A stretch of DNA of 64,000 bases. It comes from an uncultured Candidatus Saccharimonadales bacterium (GTDB taxonomy: Bacteria > Patescibacteriota > Saccharimonadia > UBA4664). This document shows positions 20,373-29,503 of this stretch, one piece after another. The DNA lies in the NCBI GenBank assembly GCA_964467655.1, contig CAYXSN010000007.1:682-64681 (forward strand), written 5' to 3'. The notes beneath the pieces are model-generated. The model saw nothing but the letters and a program-made list of their open reading frames with translations, was not told the origin of the DNA and searched no databases. Within the stretch, counting starts at the first letter, position 1; every line of letters starts with the position of its first letter. The position numbers were made by a program, and so were the translations under genes.

Positions 20373-21056
20373 ATGCAGCATCCGCCAGGTCTAGCCTCGG
20401 TAGATCCACACGACGCATCTGATGTCGACCCAGCTACCCGACACTATGTCGTGTATGTACGTTCAGATTTCGACAGCTATGATCAGGACTGGGTGCCAGC
20501 TGCCACCATGAGAGTCATCGGCGATGCTCACCAAGCCCGTGAATTTTGGCCAGCCATCCCTGAATACCCCGAAGCCTCCCGAGTAGCGCTGCATCCATCG
20601 CATTCCAGTGACAGGGTGCTGCTCTACACATTATTCGGCATGGCGGCCCAGGATGCACTTGACCAGGGAATCCGTTACTGGGTGGCAACAATGCGCTACT
20701 CGATGGTAATGGGGCTGTTGCGGCGCGGAATCCCCGTTTATCTGCTCAACGACGGCCAGCCGATCATCTACGAGTCGGCTCCACATCGGCCGTCATCAGG
20801 TGAACCCCTGTATGTTTGTCAGGTGCCGCTCCATCTGGTTCCGATCGCGGTCTGGGGGGACGCACCGGGCGACTTGATCGAGGGAACACGGCTATCGCGT
20901 TTCCAGGCGATGTTTCCTGAAATGGCGGCACAAGGGTATCGCTTGGCTCCTGGCGAATGGCCACTGCAAGTGCTGATTCGCGACCAGATGAAAGAGACGT
21001 TGCTGCAACTCGTGCAGGCCAGAATTGCGGCCAACGCCCAACGGTTGCGAACGTAA
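20373..21056 (+). CDS. Hypothetical protein (ORF opens at 20088 overlapping the methyltransferase; internal ATG 20373 chosen)
   Basis: 322-aa ORF overlaps previous gene by ~190 nt in another frame; first non-overlapping Met is MQHPPGL. Confidence 0.3.
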   Translation: MQHPPGLASVDPHDASDVDPATRHYVVYVRSDFDSYDQDWVPAATMRVIGDAHQAREFWPAIPEYPEASRVALHPSHSSDRVLLYTLFGMAAQDALDQGIRYWVATMRYSMVMGLLRRGIPVYLLNDGQPIIYESAPHRPSSGEPLYVCQVPLHLVPIAVWGDAPGDLIEGTRLSRFQAMFPEMAAQGYRLAPGEWPLQVLIRDQMKETLLQLVQARIAANAQRLRT

Positions 21057-21070
21057 GCAGCCCTCCATAC

Positions 21071-21104
21071 GAGGATTAGCGGCAGAATCATGCCGCTAAT
21101 CCTC
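21071..21104 (+). terminator. Perfect 14-bp-stem hairpin (GAGGATTAGCGGCA-gaatca-TGCCGCTAATCCTC) after the 20373..21056 gene
   Basis: seen directly; no strong T-tract afterwards so intrinsic-terminator function is uncertain. Confidence 0.45.
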
Positions 21105-21150
21105 GTAACAATGCTACAATTAAGCATAAGAACTAAATGGCGGTACCCAT

Positions 21151-23301
21151 ATGCAACAGCTCGTAATCATCGCAGTGCTCGTGATGGTGTCTGCGGCTGA
21201 AATCATGTTAGCACTGGTCGCACTGGTCAGGTCGCCGCGGGATAGGGTCAATCAAATGTACGGCCTCATGACCGCCGGCATGGTGGTATGGGGTGCCGTC
21301 AGCTATTACGATCAAACGGCTGCGGCCAATGATCCACTGCTGCCAATTCTCGGTCTGGTTCCTTTTGCAGCCGCGGCTGGCATCGCCTACTTTTTCATTA
21401 GCTTTGCCTTTTATTTTCCCGAAACCATACCAGTAAATACTACGTTGCGCAGGATAGCGTTAATAACGTTGGCCGTAGCGGGGATCGCTGTGAGCTTGCT
21501 GGCGCTCACGACGAACACTATTGTCGGCGAGATCACCAGCGGACCACACGGCAATCACGTTGAGCCCGGTCGACTCTATATAATGTTCATAGCCTATTTT
21601 CTTACCTGCGTCATCTGGGGATTGGTCCACTTGTACCAGAAGTATCGCCATACGTCGAATCCGATCATTAAGGATCAACTCAGCTATGTGTTTGGTGGAC
21701 TACTCATCACACTCGTCATTGGTTTTTCCTCAAACGTTCTATTACCGCTCATATCGCATAATTCGCTATCGGCGCGCTTTGGCTTTATGACAACACTGGG
21801 TATGGTGTTGTTTATCGGGTATGCAATTGTGGCTCACCAGCTGTTTGATTTCAAATTAGTCGTAGCGCGATCAGTTGCATTTATCATGATCCTGACGGCG
21901 CTCGCAGCTATCTACATTGGGGGATTGCTCTTGATGATCTCGGTCATCTTTCCCGATCTTGATTTCTCGCCAGCCGAGATCGCCATTACGGTCACTATGG
22001 CCTTGGCGGTAGCCATTTCGCTACCCGCCCTGCGACACTTCTTCGAGCGGGCCACCGACCGAATATTCTTTCGCGACCACTACGATGTGCAGGCTTTACT
22101 CGATAGGGTATCAAGTATATTTGCTACTGAGCTTGAACTCAAACCGCTCATGCAAAAATTCCTAAAGGAGCTAACCGGCACCATGCGCCTGGTCAACGCC
22201 CAACTGGTGGTAATGGACGGCAAGAGTGTCTACGGTCAGGCCAGCCAAGGCAAGCTCAATGTCGAACCGCTCGGGCCAGATAGCTTACCAGTCTTCAACC
22301 ATTCTCTGATGATTGCCGACCTCATGCCGGCGAGCCATCCCAAACATGTCATGTCTGCGCAAGGTATCCAGGTAGTCACACAGCTAAGAGCCCATGGCGA
22401 ACTCGTCGGTTACTTAGCTCTAGGTGACAAGCAGGCTGGTACGGTATATTCCAATCAAGATCTGGCGGTTATCGAAATCATGCGCAAAGAACTGGCAGTT
22501 GCGGTGGCCAATGCCAAGGCGTATGACGAAATCTCTCAGTTTAACGTCACATTGCAGCAGCGCATTCGGGATGCCACCAAACGGCTCAAGGTTGCCAACA
22601 GCAACTTGCGGGCGCTCGACAAAACCAAAGACGAGTTTATTTCGATGGCCAGCCACCAGCTAGGTACGCCGCTTACAGCTATTACCGGCTACCTCTCTAT
22701 GGCACTCGATAACGACAAACACAACATGACCCAAGATCAAAAAGAGTTTGTCAGTTATGCCCTGGAGGCCGCCGAAAAGATGGTCTATATGTCGGGCGAC
22801 ATGCTCAATGTATCGCGCCTGAATTCAGGTCGCTTTATGATCCAGCGCCAACCAGCCGAACTGGTCAGTATGGTGCAACAAGAAATGCACCAGCTCGAAC
22901 CGGCCGCCGCTCGCAAGGGACTATCCCTCACAGCCGATTTACCAGATGTACCGGTCACCATTGAACTCGATGAATCGAAAACCCGCCAGGTGATCATGAA
23001 CTTTATTGATAATGCCCTGTATTACACCGAGTCTGGTGGGGTTCATGTCAAACTGGAGCAAACCTCGAACCAAGTCAAGCTAACTGTCACCGATACTGGT
23101 ATTGGGGTCCCGGCAGCCCAGCAGCCGAAGTTGTTTGTAAAGTTCTACCGGGCCGACAACGCCAAGCAAGTACGGCCGGATGGCACCGGCTTAGGGCTGT
23201 ATCTAGCCAAACGGGTGATTGAAGATCAGGGTGGGCAGCTCATATTCACGTCGGTCGAAGGAAAGGGGAGTACCTTTGGGTTCACGCTTCCCCGGTCATA
23301 A
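21151..23301 (+). CDS. Sensor histidine kinase (multi-TM N-terminal sensor, HisKA, HATPase_c)
   Basis: 716 aa; ~8 TM helices; H-box FISMASHQLGTPLTAITGY; G-boxes DTGIGV, GTGLGLYLAKRV. Confidence 0.8.
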   Translation: MQQLVIIAVLVMVSAAEIMLALVALVRSPRDRVNQMYGLMTAGMVVWGAVSYYDQTAAANDPLLPILGLVPFAAAAGIAYFFISFAFYFPETIPVNTTLRRIALITLAVAGIAVSLLALTTNTIVGEITSGPHGNHVEPGRLYIMFIAYFLTCVIWGLVHLYQKYRHTSNPIIKDQLSYVFGGLLITLVIGFSSNVLLPLISHNSLSARFGFMTTLGMVLFIGYAIVAHQLFDFKLVVARSVAFIMILTALAAIYIGGLLLMISVIFPDLDFSPAEIAITVTMALAVAISLPALRHFFERATDRIFFRDHYDVQALLDRVSSIFATELELKPLMQKFLKELTGTMRLVNAQLVVMDGKSVYGQASQGKLNVEPLGPDSLPVFNHSLMIADLMPASHPKHVMSAQGIQVVTQLRAHGELVGYLALGDKQAGTVYSNQDLAVIEIMRKELAVAVANAKAYDEISQFNVTLQQRIRDATKRLKVANSNLRALDKTKDEFISMASHQLGTPLTAITGYLSMALDNDKHNMTQDQKEFVSYALEAAEKMVYMSGDMLNVSRLNSGRFMIQRQPAELVSMVQQEMHQLEPAAARKGLSLTADLPDVPVTIELDESKTRQVIMNFIDNALYYTESGGVHVKLEQTSNQVKLTVTDTGIGVPAAQQPKLFVKFYRADNAKQVRPDGTGLGLYLAKRVIEDQGGQLIFTSVEGKGSTFGFTLPRS

Positions 23302-25660
23302 GGCAGCCTCACCGAACAACTGGTTTGACGTCGGCATACTAGCCTTTGGCGCGGTATTTGTGGTCGTACTGACAGTAACGGTCGCCCATACAGTGCCCAT
23401 CAGTTTTGCCTGGACACCAAACGCCTTTGCCTGGCTACCGGCAGTTAGTAGCGTGGCCAATCTGGCTTTAGTTGCTGTTTTGGCCCGGCGTCGGAACGAG
23501 GGCCAGGCTATGTTATGGTTTGCTCTCTATATTTTGTTTAATGGCTTGTGGGCTATTTTTGAAACCCTTGAACGCCTGACAAATTCACCGGCTGGTGACG
23601 CGTTTTGGAGCCAAATCATTTTCACGGTTCTTGCCTTCCTGCCGACGTTCTATTACCTGTTCATTCGCAGCTATACCGACAGGACGCGGCTGAGCGGCAG
23701 CTGGCGGATCCCGGCGGTACTGCTAACCGGCACCATGTACATTGCCTCTATGCTGGGTGGATCAGGTATGTTTCCGGTCCCAGATATATCGGAACGGCTG
23801 CGTTGGGGCTATGAGGCGCCCCAGACCATGACGTCATATCTACTGATAACTTGGGCCGTTGTTCTGGTGGGCGCTGCTGTTGCCCGGCTGGCCGGCCGCT
23901 ATCGCCACAGCCACAGTGCGACCGAGAGGTACCAAATCTGGTTTATGTCAACCGGCATTGTCTTATTGGTAGCCGTTGAATCGCTGACGGCAGTCATCCT
24001 GCCAGGACTGGGAGCCGGCGGACTGGTACCCTCGATGGGCGTCGCTGTAAATACGATTGTGGCCATCATGATCATCTATAGTGTTCAAAAATACGGCTCG
24101 CTATCATTTAATGTTAGTGACATCGCCGACTCGGTACTGGCTACCATGGCTGAAGCCGTCTTCGTAACCGATGACCAGCACCGGGTAGTGTTCGCCAACG
24201 TGGCGGCCGATAAATTGTTGGCCAGTGACCATCGAGGCATCGTCGGGCGGCCGCTCGCGGAACTGGTGGGAGGGCGACTGGTGGCCCCTCCCCATGTCTG
24301 GTCTCAGGAGGTTCAGCGTCATCACCCTACTGACATCGCTGAGCTCACACTGCCATCGACTACGGGCAAGCGAGTGGTTAATGTATACATCAGCCAATCA
24401 GTCCGGTCTGATGGTGGACATGTGTTCGTCTTGAGTGATGTAACACTCCTGAGCCAAGCCAATGCGAAGCTTCAACAATCGCACAATGAATTGGCGAAGT
24501 CGCTCGAAAAAGCCAAAGCTCTCGAAAGCCAATTGCGTGAGGAAAAGGCTAGTGTTGAGCGGCGAGTTCTGGAGGCCACTGCCGGTGTCCAGCAAGAGCA
24601 TGCCCGACTCCTGGCTTCGATCAACAGTCTTCACATGGGCTATGTGATGACGGATGCCCGCGGAACTATCATTTTGGCCAATACCGCCGCCCAAAGTCTG
24701 GTATCGCTGGGGCTCGGGTTTAAGGGCGGCCGTCTCGAAGTCGATCCTCGGGCATTGTCGGGTTTGCTTGAGCGCCATTTTGGCTTGGTGGCAAAAGTTT
24801 CCCGCTGTCTCAAGTCGGCCAGCCCGCAAACCTACCGCGGTCTGAGGTATCAGGATAAGATCATGAATGTGGGCTTACAGCCGGTCATAGCACCCACCGG
24901 CGAGACCCTCGGTGCCGTCGTCTTGCTCGATGATGTCACCGATCTGGCAAACCTCGAGCGGGCCAGGGATGAGTTCTTCTCGATCGCCAGCCATGAGTTG
25001 CGAACTCCGCTGACAGCCATTCGGGGCAATACCACCATGATCCAGGAATATTATGGCCAAAAGATCAAAGACAAAGATGTCACGTCGATGCTCAGTGACA
25101 TTCATGATTCAAGTGTCAGACTGATTGCGATAGTCAATGACTTTCTCGATATGTCACGGCTCGAGCAGGGTCGCATCAGGTTTAAATTTGAAAAAATCAA
25201 CGCCGTTGATATCTGCCGTAAAGCCGCATCCGAAATTCAGAGTACCCCGGCAATACCAGTGGTACCCATCAAGATCAGCCAGCCCAAGCCGGCGTTGCCA
25301 TTGGTGATGGCCGATCCCGATAGGTTGCTGCAGGTAGTTACCAATCTTATTGGCAATAGCCTCAAATTTACAGAGCGCGGCAGCATCACTATCAGATTTA
25401 GTCAAACCGACCAAAACGTTATCATTACAGTCACCGATACCGGTCGCGGCATCGCTCCAGAAGCCAAGCATCTACTGTTCAGGAAGTTCCAGCAAGCCAG
25501 CGACGACATTCTCACACGCGACTCCACCCGCTCGACGGGCTTGGGCCTCTACATCTCGAGAAACCTCATGCGCTCGATGTCCGGTGACCTCGAGCTCGTT
25601 GACTCGAAGCTTGATGAAGGTTCAACCTTTGCCGTGACTGTGCCAATTGCCAAAAAATAA
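23219..25660 (+). CDS. Sensor histidine kinase (multi-TM, PAS, coiled coil, PAS, HisKA, HATPase_c); true start may be downstream (GTG 23360 or ATG 23510)
   Basis: 813-aa ORF; overlaps upstream kinase by 80 nt as drawn; H-box FFSIASHELRTPLTAIRGN; G-box GRGIAP, GLGLYISRNLM. Confidence 0.8.
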   Translation: MKIRVGSSYSRRSKERGVPLGSRFPGHKAASPNNWFDVGILAFGAVFVVVLTVTVAHTVPISFAWTPNAFAWLPAVSSVANLALVAVLARRRNEGQAMLWFALYILFNGLWAIFETLERLTNSPAGDAFWSQIIFTVLAFLPTFYYLFIRSYTDRTRLSGSWRIPAVLLTGTMYIASMLGGSGMFPVPDISERLRWGYEAPQTMTSYLLITWAVVLVGAAVARLAGRYRHSHSATERYQIWFMSTGIVLLVAVESLTAVILPGLGAGGLVPSMGVAVNTIVAIMIIYSVQKYGSLSFNVSDIADSVLATMAEAVFVTDDQHRVVFANVAADKLLASDHRGIVGRPLAELVGGRLVAPPHVWSQEVQRHHPTDIAELTLPSTTGKRVVNVYISQSVRSDGGHVFVLSDVTLLSQANAKLQQSHNELAKSLEKAKALESQLREEKASVERRVLEATAGVQQEHARLLASINSLHMGYVMTDARGTIILANTAAQSLVSLGLGFKGGRLEVDPRALSGLLERHFGLVAKVSRCLKSASPQTYRGLRYQDKIMNVGLQPVIAPTGETLGAVVLLDDVTDLANLERARDEFFSIASHELRTPLTAIRGNTTMIQEYYGQKIKDKDVTSMLSDIHDSSVRLIAIVNDFLDMSRLEQGRIRFKFEKINAVDICRKAASEIQSTPAIPVVPIKISQPKPALPLVMADPDRLLQVVTNLIGNSLKFTERGSITIRFSQTDQNVIITVTDTGRGIAPEAKHLLFRKFQQASDDILTRDSTRSTGLGLYISRNLMRSMSGDLELVDSKLDEGSTFAVTVPIAKK

Positions 25661-25690
25661 CGTACAATCTAATCAATAAGGAAGGATACC

Positions 25691-26086
25691 ATGGCTAAAG
25701 TTCTGATCATCGAAGACGACCCGTTGATGTCCCGGATGTACCAAAAAATCTTTACATTCGAAAAGTATGATGTGGTCATGGCCAAAGACGGACAGGAAGG
25801 TCTCGACCTCGCCCGTTCAGATAAACCAACTGTTATATTGCTCGATGTCATGATGCCCAAGATGAACGGCTTTCAGGTACTTGAGAAACTCAAAAGCGAT
25901 CCCGAGACCAAATCAACGCCGGTCATCATGCTTACAAACCTAGCCGGCGAGCAAGACGCCGAAACGGCCTTAGCCAAGGGAGCCGTCAAATACATTGTCA
26001 AGAGCGAGTACGAACCCAAGCAAGTTGCCGATATGGTCAAAGAGATCATTGCTGGTTACACGCGCGGAGAAGTTCCCGGGGCATAA
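25691..26086 (+). CDS. Stand-alone response-regulator receiver protein
   Basis: 131 aa; KVLIIEDDPLM...VILLDVMMPKMNGFQVL; SD AAGGAAGGA upstream. Confidence 0.75.
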   Translation: MAKVLIIEDDPLMSRMYQKIFTFEKYDVVMAKDGQEGLDLARSDKPTVILLDVMMPKMNGFQVLEKLKSDPETKSTPVIMLTNLAGEQDAETALAKGAVKYIVKSEYEPKQVADMVKEIIAGYTRGEVPGA

Positions 26087-26119
26087 CTCGGGCATAACAA
26101 GTAAGGCAGGGAGGCGGAT

Positions 26120-26521
26120 GTGCCCAAAGTACTTTTGATCGAAGATACACCCGAAATGCAAAGGATGTACTCGTATGGTTTGACAAAGGCTGGCTACGAT
26201 GTTGAAGTAGTTGGGAGCGCCGGGGAAGGCTTGGCGCACGTCCAGTCAGGGATCGATTTCGACGTTATTCTGGTTGACCTTATGCTGGCGGGCATGAGCG
26301 GCCTCGATTTTCTCAAGAGCGCCAATCTCAAAGCCCTCATGCCCAATGCAAAAATTGCGGTACTCACCAATGTCGACAATCCCGAGATAGTCGCCAAGGT
26401 GAAGGCGGCCGAGCAGATCGATGGTTATCTGATCAAATCGCAGACTGAGCCCGCCATGCTCAATGATTACCTCAACAAATTATTGGCGGCTCCACCCTCA
26501 GATCCGTTGCCAAATGCCTGA
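26120..26521 (+). CDS. Stand-alone response-regulator receiver protein (GTG start)
   Basis: 133 aa; KVLLIEDTPEM...VILVDLMLAGMSGLDFL; SD GGGAGG upstream. Confidence 0.7.
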   Translation: MPKVLLIEDTPEMQRMYSYGLTKAGYDVEVVGSAGEGLAHVQSGIDFDVILVDLMLAGMSGLDFLKSANLKALMPNAKIAVLTNVDNPEIVAKVKAAEQIDGYLIKSQTEPAMLNDYLNKLLAAPPSDPLPNA

Positions 26522-26567
26522 TTTTGCTGTACGATACTGCAGTACCTTTTCGGCAGATGAACTCGGT

Positions 26568-26643
26568 CCGGCGAGATAGCTCAGTTGGTAGAGCAGTGGC
26601 CTGAAGAGCCTCGTGTCCTCGGTTCGAGTCCGAGTCTCGCCAC
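26568..26643 (+). tRNA. tRNA-Phe (anticodon GAA)
   Basis: cloverleaf folded by hand: acceptor GGCGAGA/TCTCGCC, D-arm GCTC-AGTTGGTA-GAGC, anticodon loop CTGAAGA, T-arm CTCGG-TTCGAGT-CCGAG, encoded CCA. Confidence 0.85.
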
Positions 26644-26644
26644 C

Positions 26645-26722
26645 ATGCGGGTGTAGCTCAGTTGTTAGAGCGCTTCCTTGCCAAGGAAGAGGCCCAGGGT
26701 TAGAGTCCCTGTACCCGCACCA
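26645..26722 (+). tRNA. tRNA-Gly (anticodon GCC)
   Basis: acceptor GCGGGTG/TACCCGC, anticodon stem CTTCC/GGAAG with loop TTGCCAA, T-arm CAGGG-TTAGAGT-CCCTG, encoded CCA; 1 nt after tRNA-Phe. Confidence 0.85.
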
Positions 26723-28421
26723 TAAAGGATACATCAGGATTTGGTGTATCTTTTTTGATTTTAAAGAGCTCGTTTATACCTGTTAAGTCCCATACATTTG
26801 TGCCAGAATCGCTGGTTACAGAAGCCAATTCTGCATAGGTTGGAGTTTCGTTAAAAATGACGCTGAAAAAGTCGGCTTTTTTGAGCGGATCAGTCTGTTG
26901 GAGCAGCAAATAATCCATGTGTTGGAGAAAATATTTGGCGTACTGCAAAACGACGTCAAAATTGACCGGTTGCTCTTTCTGTTTTTGCTCCTTTTCTTCA
27001 TTCAGCTTGTTGATTTCTTGTTCGACTTGCATAAGCTCGTCCTCCATGAATTTAATGGCTGTAGGACTGCTCAGAAGCTTGATTTTATCGACTGTGGCAA
27101 ACGCCTGAGCTTGCAGCTCGCCAATGCGCTTGTCGATTAGAGCTTCGTCCTGGCCGAATTCTTCGCGGCGCTGCTGCCAGACCGTCTCTAGCGCCGCCAT
27201 GAGCGTGTCGATGTACTCCTGGGTGAAGGTTATTTTGCGCACGAACGCCTCTACCGTGGCCTCTAGCTTCTCTTTAGGCACGCGGAAATGATGCCCACGC
27301 TTGTTGCAGTGATAGCCTGGGTAGTACTTGTAGCGACCCTTGGCGGCACTGCCAAAGAACGGCCGCCTGCACTCGGAGCAGGTCACAACCTTTCGGTATG
27401 GGTACTCGGCATTGTGTATGCCTTTTCTGAGCTGGTGATCGGGCACCTGCTGCTTGCTGATAGATACGACCCCGTTTTGCATGCTCAAAATTAGCTTGCC
27501 ACGGTTGGCCTTATTGAACGTCTCAAAATCTATCAAGCCGTCAAAGCGGGCTTTCACTGGTTGGTCTTCCGTCCACTTCTCGCGGATGACTCCGGCGTAA
27601 ATCGGGTTCGCAATATAGAGCCAGAAGCGCTTGAGCGTCAGCTTATGGCCGCCGGAGCGCCCTGTGATTTGGGTCTTGTCAGTTTTGGCCCGCCGGTTTT
27701 GATAGCGCGAAGCATAGCCGAGGTTGTTGATCTCCTCGACGATCTTTGTGTCGCTCAAATGGCCCTGGCATCGCAGCTCAAACATCTTCCTGATAAATGG
27801 CGCTTCTTTCTCATTTGGTACCAGGATATAGCGCTTACCATTGCCAGTCTCTACTCGCTGGCTCGTAAGGCCATAGGGAGCTGAGCGCATCCAATAGCCC
27901 ATGCGCGTATAGCGAACCTGCGCACCGATCATACGACTTAAAATATCGCGCACTTCGTCCTTGGCACGTTCTGCTTCCAGCAATTCAGTTTTGCGGGAAG
28001 GGGAGTACTCGCTCCAGCGGTACTTTAGGCCCAGGTGTTCAAGCGTGTTCACCTTCACATTGCTAATAACACCGTAAACGTCTTCAAGTGCTACGCCGTG
28101 CGGCTCAAGTTGGCTTTTCAGCAAGTCATAGGCTGTCGAGCCTGCCCGAGTAAAGCGGTCAATTGACTTCACGATTACGACATCAATCTTGTTCTTCGGG
28201 TCTATGGCGTAATTCACCACGTCCTGCATCGGCTGGTACGACTCCTTTGATGCCGATTCCAGGTAAGTCAAAATTTTGATGATCTTGATATTGCGGCTGG
28301 GCGCGTAGCGCTGGCCCTGCTCAATTTGTGCTTCTGGCGAGTCGCCATCTATGCCCTGACCGATAGTTGAAACGCGAACGGCTAGCAGGCCGTTACGCGG
28401 ACGCTGGTAACTGGGATTCAC
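26700..28421 (-). CDS. Large serine recombinase (resolvase/invertase catalytic domain plus recombinase and zinc-ribbon domains); integrase candidate
   Basis: N-terminal LLAVRVSTIGQ (catalytic Ser); C-terminal CSECRRP...HCNKRGHH zinc ribbon and coiled coil; GTG at 28421 behind GGAGG preferred over TTG 28433; 3' end overlaps tRNA-Gly 3' end by 23 nt on opposite strand. Confidence 0.75.
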   Translation of the reverse strand: MNPSYQRPRNGLLAVRVSTIGQGIDGDSPEAQIEQGQRYAPSRNIKIIKILTYLESASKESYQPMQDVVNYAIDPKNKIDVVIVKSIDRFTRAGSTAYDLLKSQLEPHGVALEDVYGVISNVKVNTLEHLGLKYRWSEYSPSRKTELLEAERAKDEVRDILSRMIGAQVRYTRMGYWMRSAPYGLTSQRVETGNGKRYILVPNEKEAPFIRKMFELRCQGHLSDTKIVEEINNLGYASRYQNRRAKTDKTQITGRSGGHKLTLKRFWLYIANPIYAGVIREKWTEDQPVKARFDGLIDFETFNKANRGKLILSMQNGVVSISKQQVPDHQLRKGIHNAEYPYRKVVTCSECRRPFFGSAAKGRYKYYPGYHCNKRGHHFRVPKEKLEATVEAFVRKITFTQEYIDTLMAALETVWQQRREEFGQDEALIDKRIGELQAQAFATVDKIKLLSSPTAIKFMEDELMQVEQEINKLNEEKEQKQKEQPVNFDVVLQYAKYFLQHMDYLLLQQTDPLKKADFFSVIFNETPTYAELASVTSDSGTNVWDLTGINELFKIKKDTPNPDVSFMVRVQGL

Positions 28422-28679
28422 GCCCACCTCCAATCTGCCGCAAGAGTTTTTGTCCGTTTGTCTGATCCTCGACGATACGGTCGATAATCAGATTTGCGAT
28501 CACAAAGACCCTCTCCTCGGTCGGCATCGTGCAGTACACGGGCACTTCACCTGTATTTTTGTTTTTAGAACCTTTGAGTCTCCCCATTACGTTTGCCCTC
28601 GTTTAGCTTGGATTTTCGCCAAAGCAAAATAAGCTTCGGCTCACAAATGGCGAAACGTTAACAATCGACTAAGCTATGA

Positions 28680-28904
28680 CTAATCTTCGGATTTGGCAGG
28701 CTGCGCGCCGGTTTTCTTGCGGGTTGAAAGCTCACCGTCAACGAGCTTCTTTAACTCGTCGTCGCCACCTTCTTTGGCGATAGCCTGCAATACAAACTCG
28801 GTCAGCGTCTGTCCGCGGCCGTAGGCAACAGCTTTTGCTCTGTTGAGAATCGCTGCACTTGCCGCTACCTGGAATCGAACTCGTGATTCTGACATATACC
28901 TCAT
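28680..28904 (-). CDS. Ribbon-helix-helix (CopG/Arc/MetJ-like) DNA-binding protein
   Basis: 74 aa; beta-strand RVRFQV followed by two helices; acidic/basic tail. Confidence 0.4.
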   Translation of the reverse strand: MRYMSESRVRFQVAASAAILNRAKAVAYGRGQTLTEFVLQAIAKEGGDDELKKLVDGELSTRKKTGAQPAKSED

Positions 28905-28950
28905 TGTACTACAAGTAGCACATGTCCGTATCCTCCATTAGGAGGAGCAG

Positions 28951-29286
28951 TTAATACACCACCCCTCCTTGACCGAAGGCTGCCAGCTCAGATACAGGCG
29001 TTGGCCGGAAGAATATATCCCGCTCAATCGAGATTCCTGCCGGATATTGCACCTTACTCAATTCCGATAGGGAGAAGTACCCGAACTCAGCCTCGTGGCC
29101 GCTCACCAACCCCCAGCACGTATCCTTGCCGTCAAACTCGATTGCGTACCATGTCCAGTTTGACCACGGGTGAAAGAACTTGGCGATAGCGATTTTATCC
29201 TCTGTCGGTACGTCTTCCGTTGCATAGAGCTTTGGCAGCTTTTGTGCTAATGTTTTAGTTAGTAGCTTCATGGATTTACCCTCCAA
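28951..29286 (-). CDS. DUF2958-family protein (conjugative-element associated)
   Basis: MKLLTKTLAQKLPKLY...FFHPWSNWTWYAIEFDG...LVSGHEAEFGYFSLSEL...ISIERDIFFRP matches remembered DUF2958 consensus. Confidence 0.6.
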   Translation of the reverse strand: MEGKSMKLLTKTLAQKLPKLYATEDVPTEDKIAIAKFFHPWSNWTWYAIEFDGKDTCWGLVSGHEAEFGYFSLSELSKVQYPAGISIERDIFFRPTPVSELAAFGQGGVVY

Positions 29287-29289
29287 TTA

Positions 29290-29500
29290 GTTGCTTAGCC
29301 GAGTTGTTAAAGTACCAATTGCTTATGTACTCATTGTAGTAGTATGAGTACATTAAAGCAAGTAAAATAGCCCACTTTCTCGTTGTTATATCTACAAGTT
29401 AGGTGCAATATCCGAATTGCACCTATATTTATACTTACTATCTTATTTTTACTCTTTACTTTCTCTCTTCCTTATATATAAATATATAGAAGAAAGTGAG
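29290..29500. promoter_or_regulatory. AT-rich region with two perfect inverted repeats and an AT palindrome upstream of Replic_Relax gene: candidate oriT/ori and promoter region
   Basis: IR GTACTCAT-n9-ATGAGTAC (29327-29351); IR AGGTGCAAT-atccga-ATTGCACCT (29401-29424); TTCCTTATATATAAATATATAGAAG (29468-29492). Confidence 0.3.
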
Positions 29501-29503
29501 CAT

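Noticed and set aside
26568-26722. Looked for a direct repeat of the tRNA-Gly 3' end (attR) further right, to delimit the island
   Set aside because: No extended copy found (only the 11-mer in the cassette repeats). This is consistent with a serine recombinase (2-bp crossover) but leaves the right boundary undefined.
28393-28587. 64-aa ORF upstream of the serine recombinase, considered as recombinase N-terminus or excisionase
   Set aside because: Different frame from the recombinase, no motif; the recombinase has its own GGAGG-GTG start. Left unannotated.
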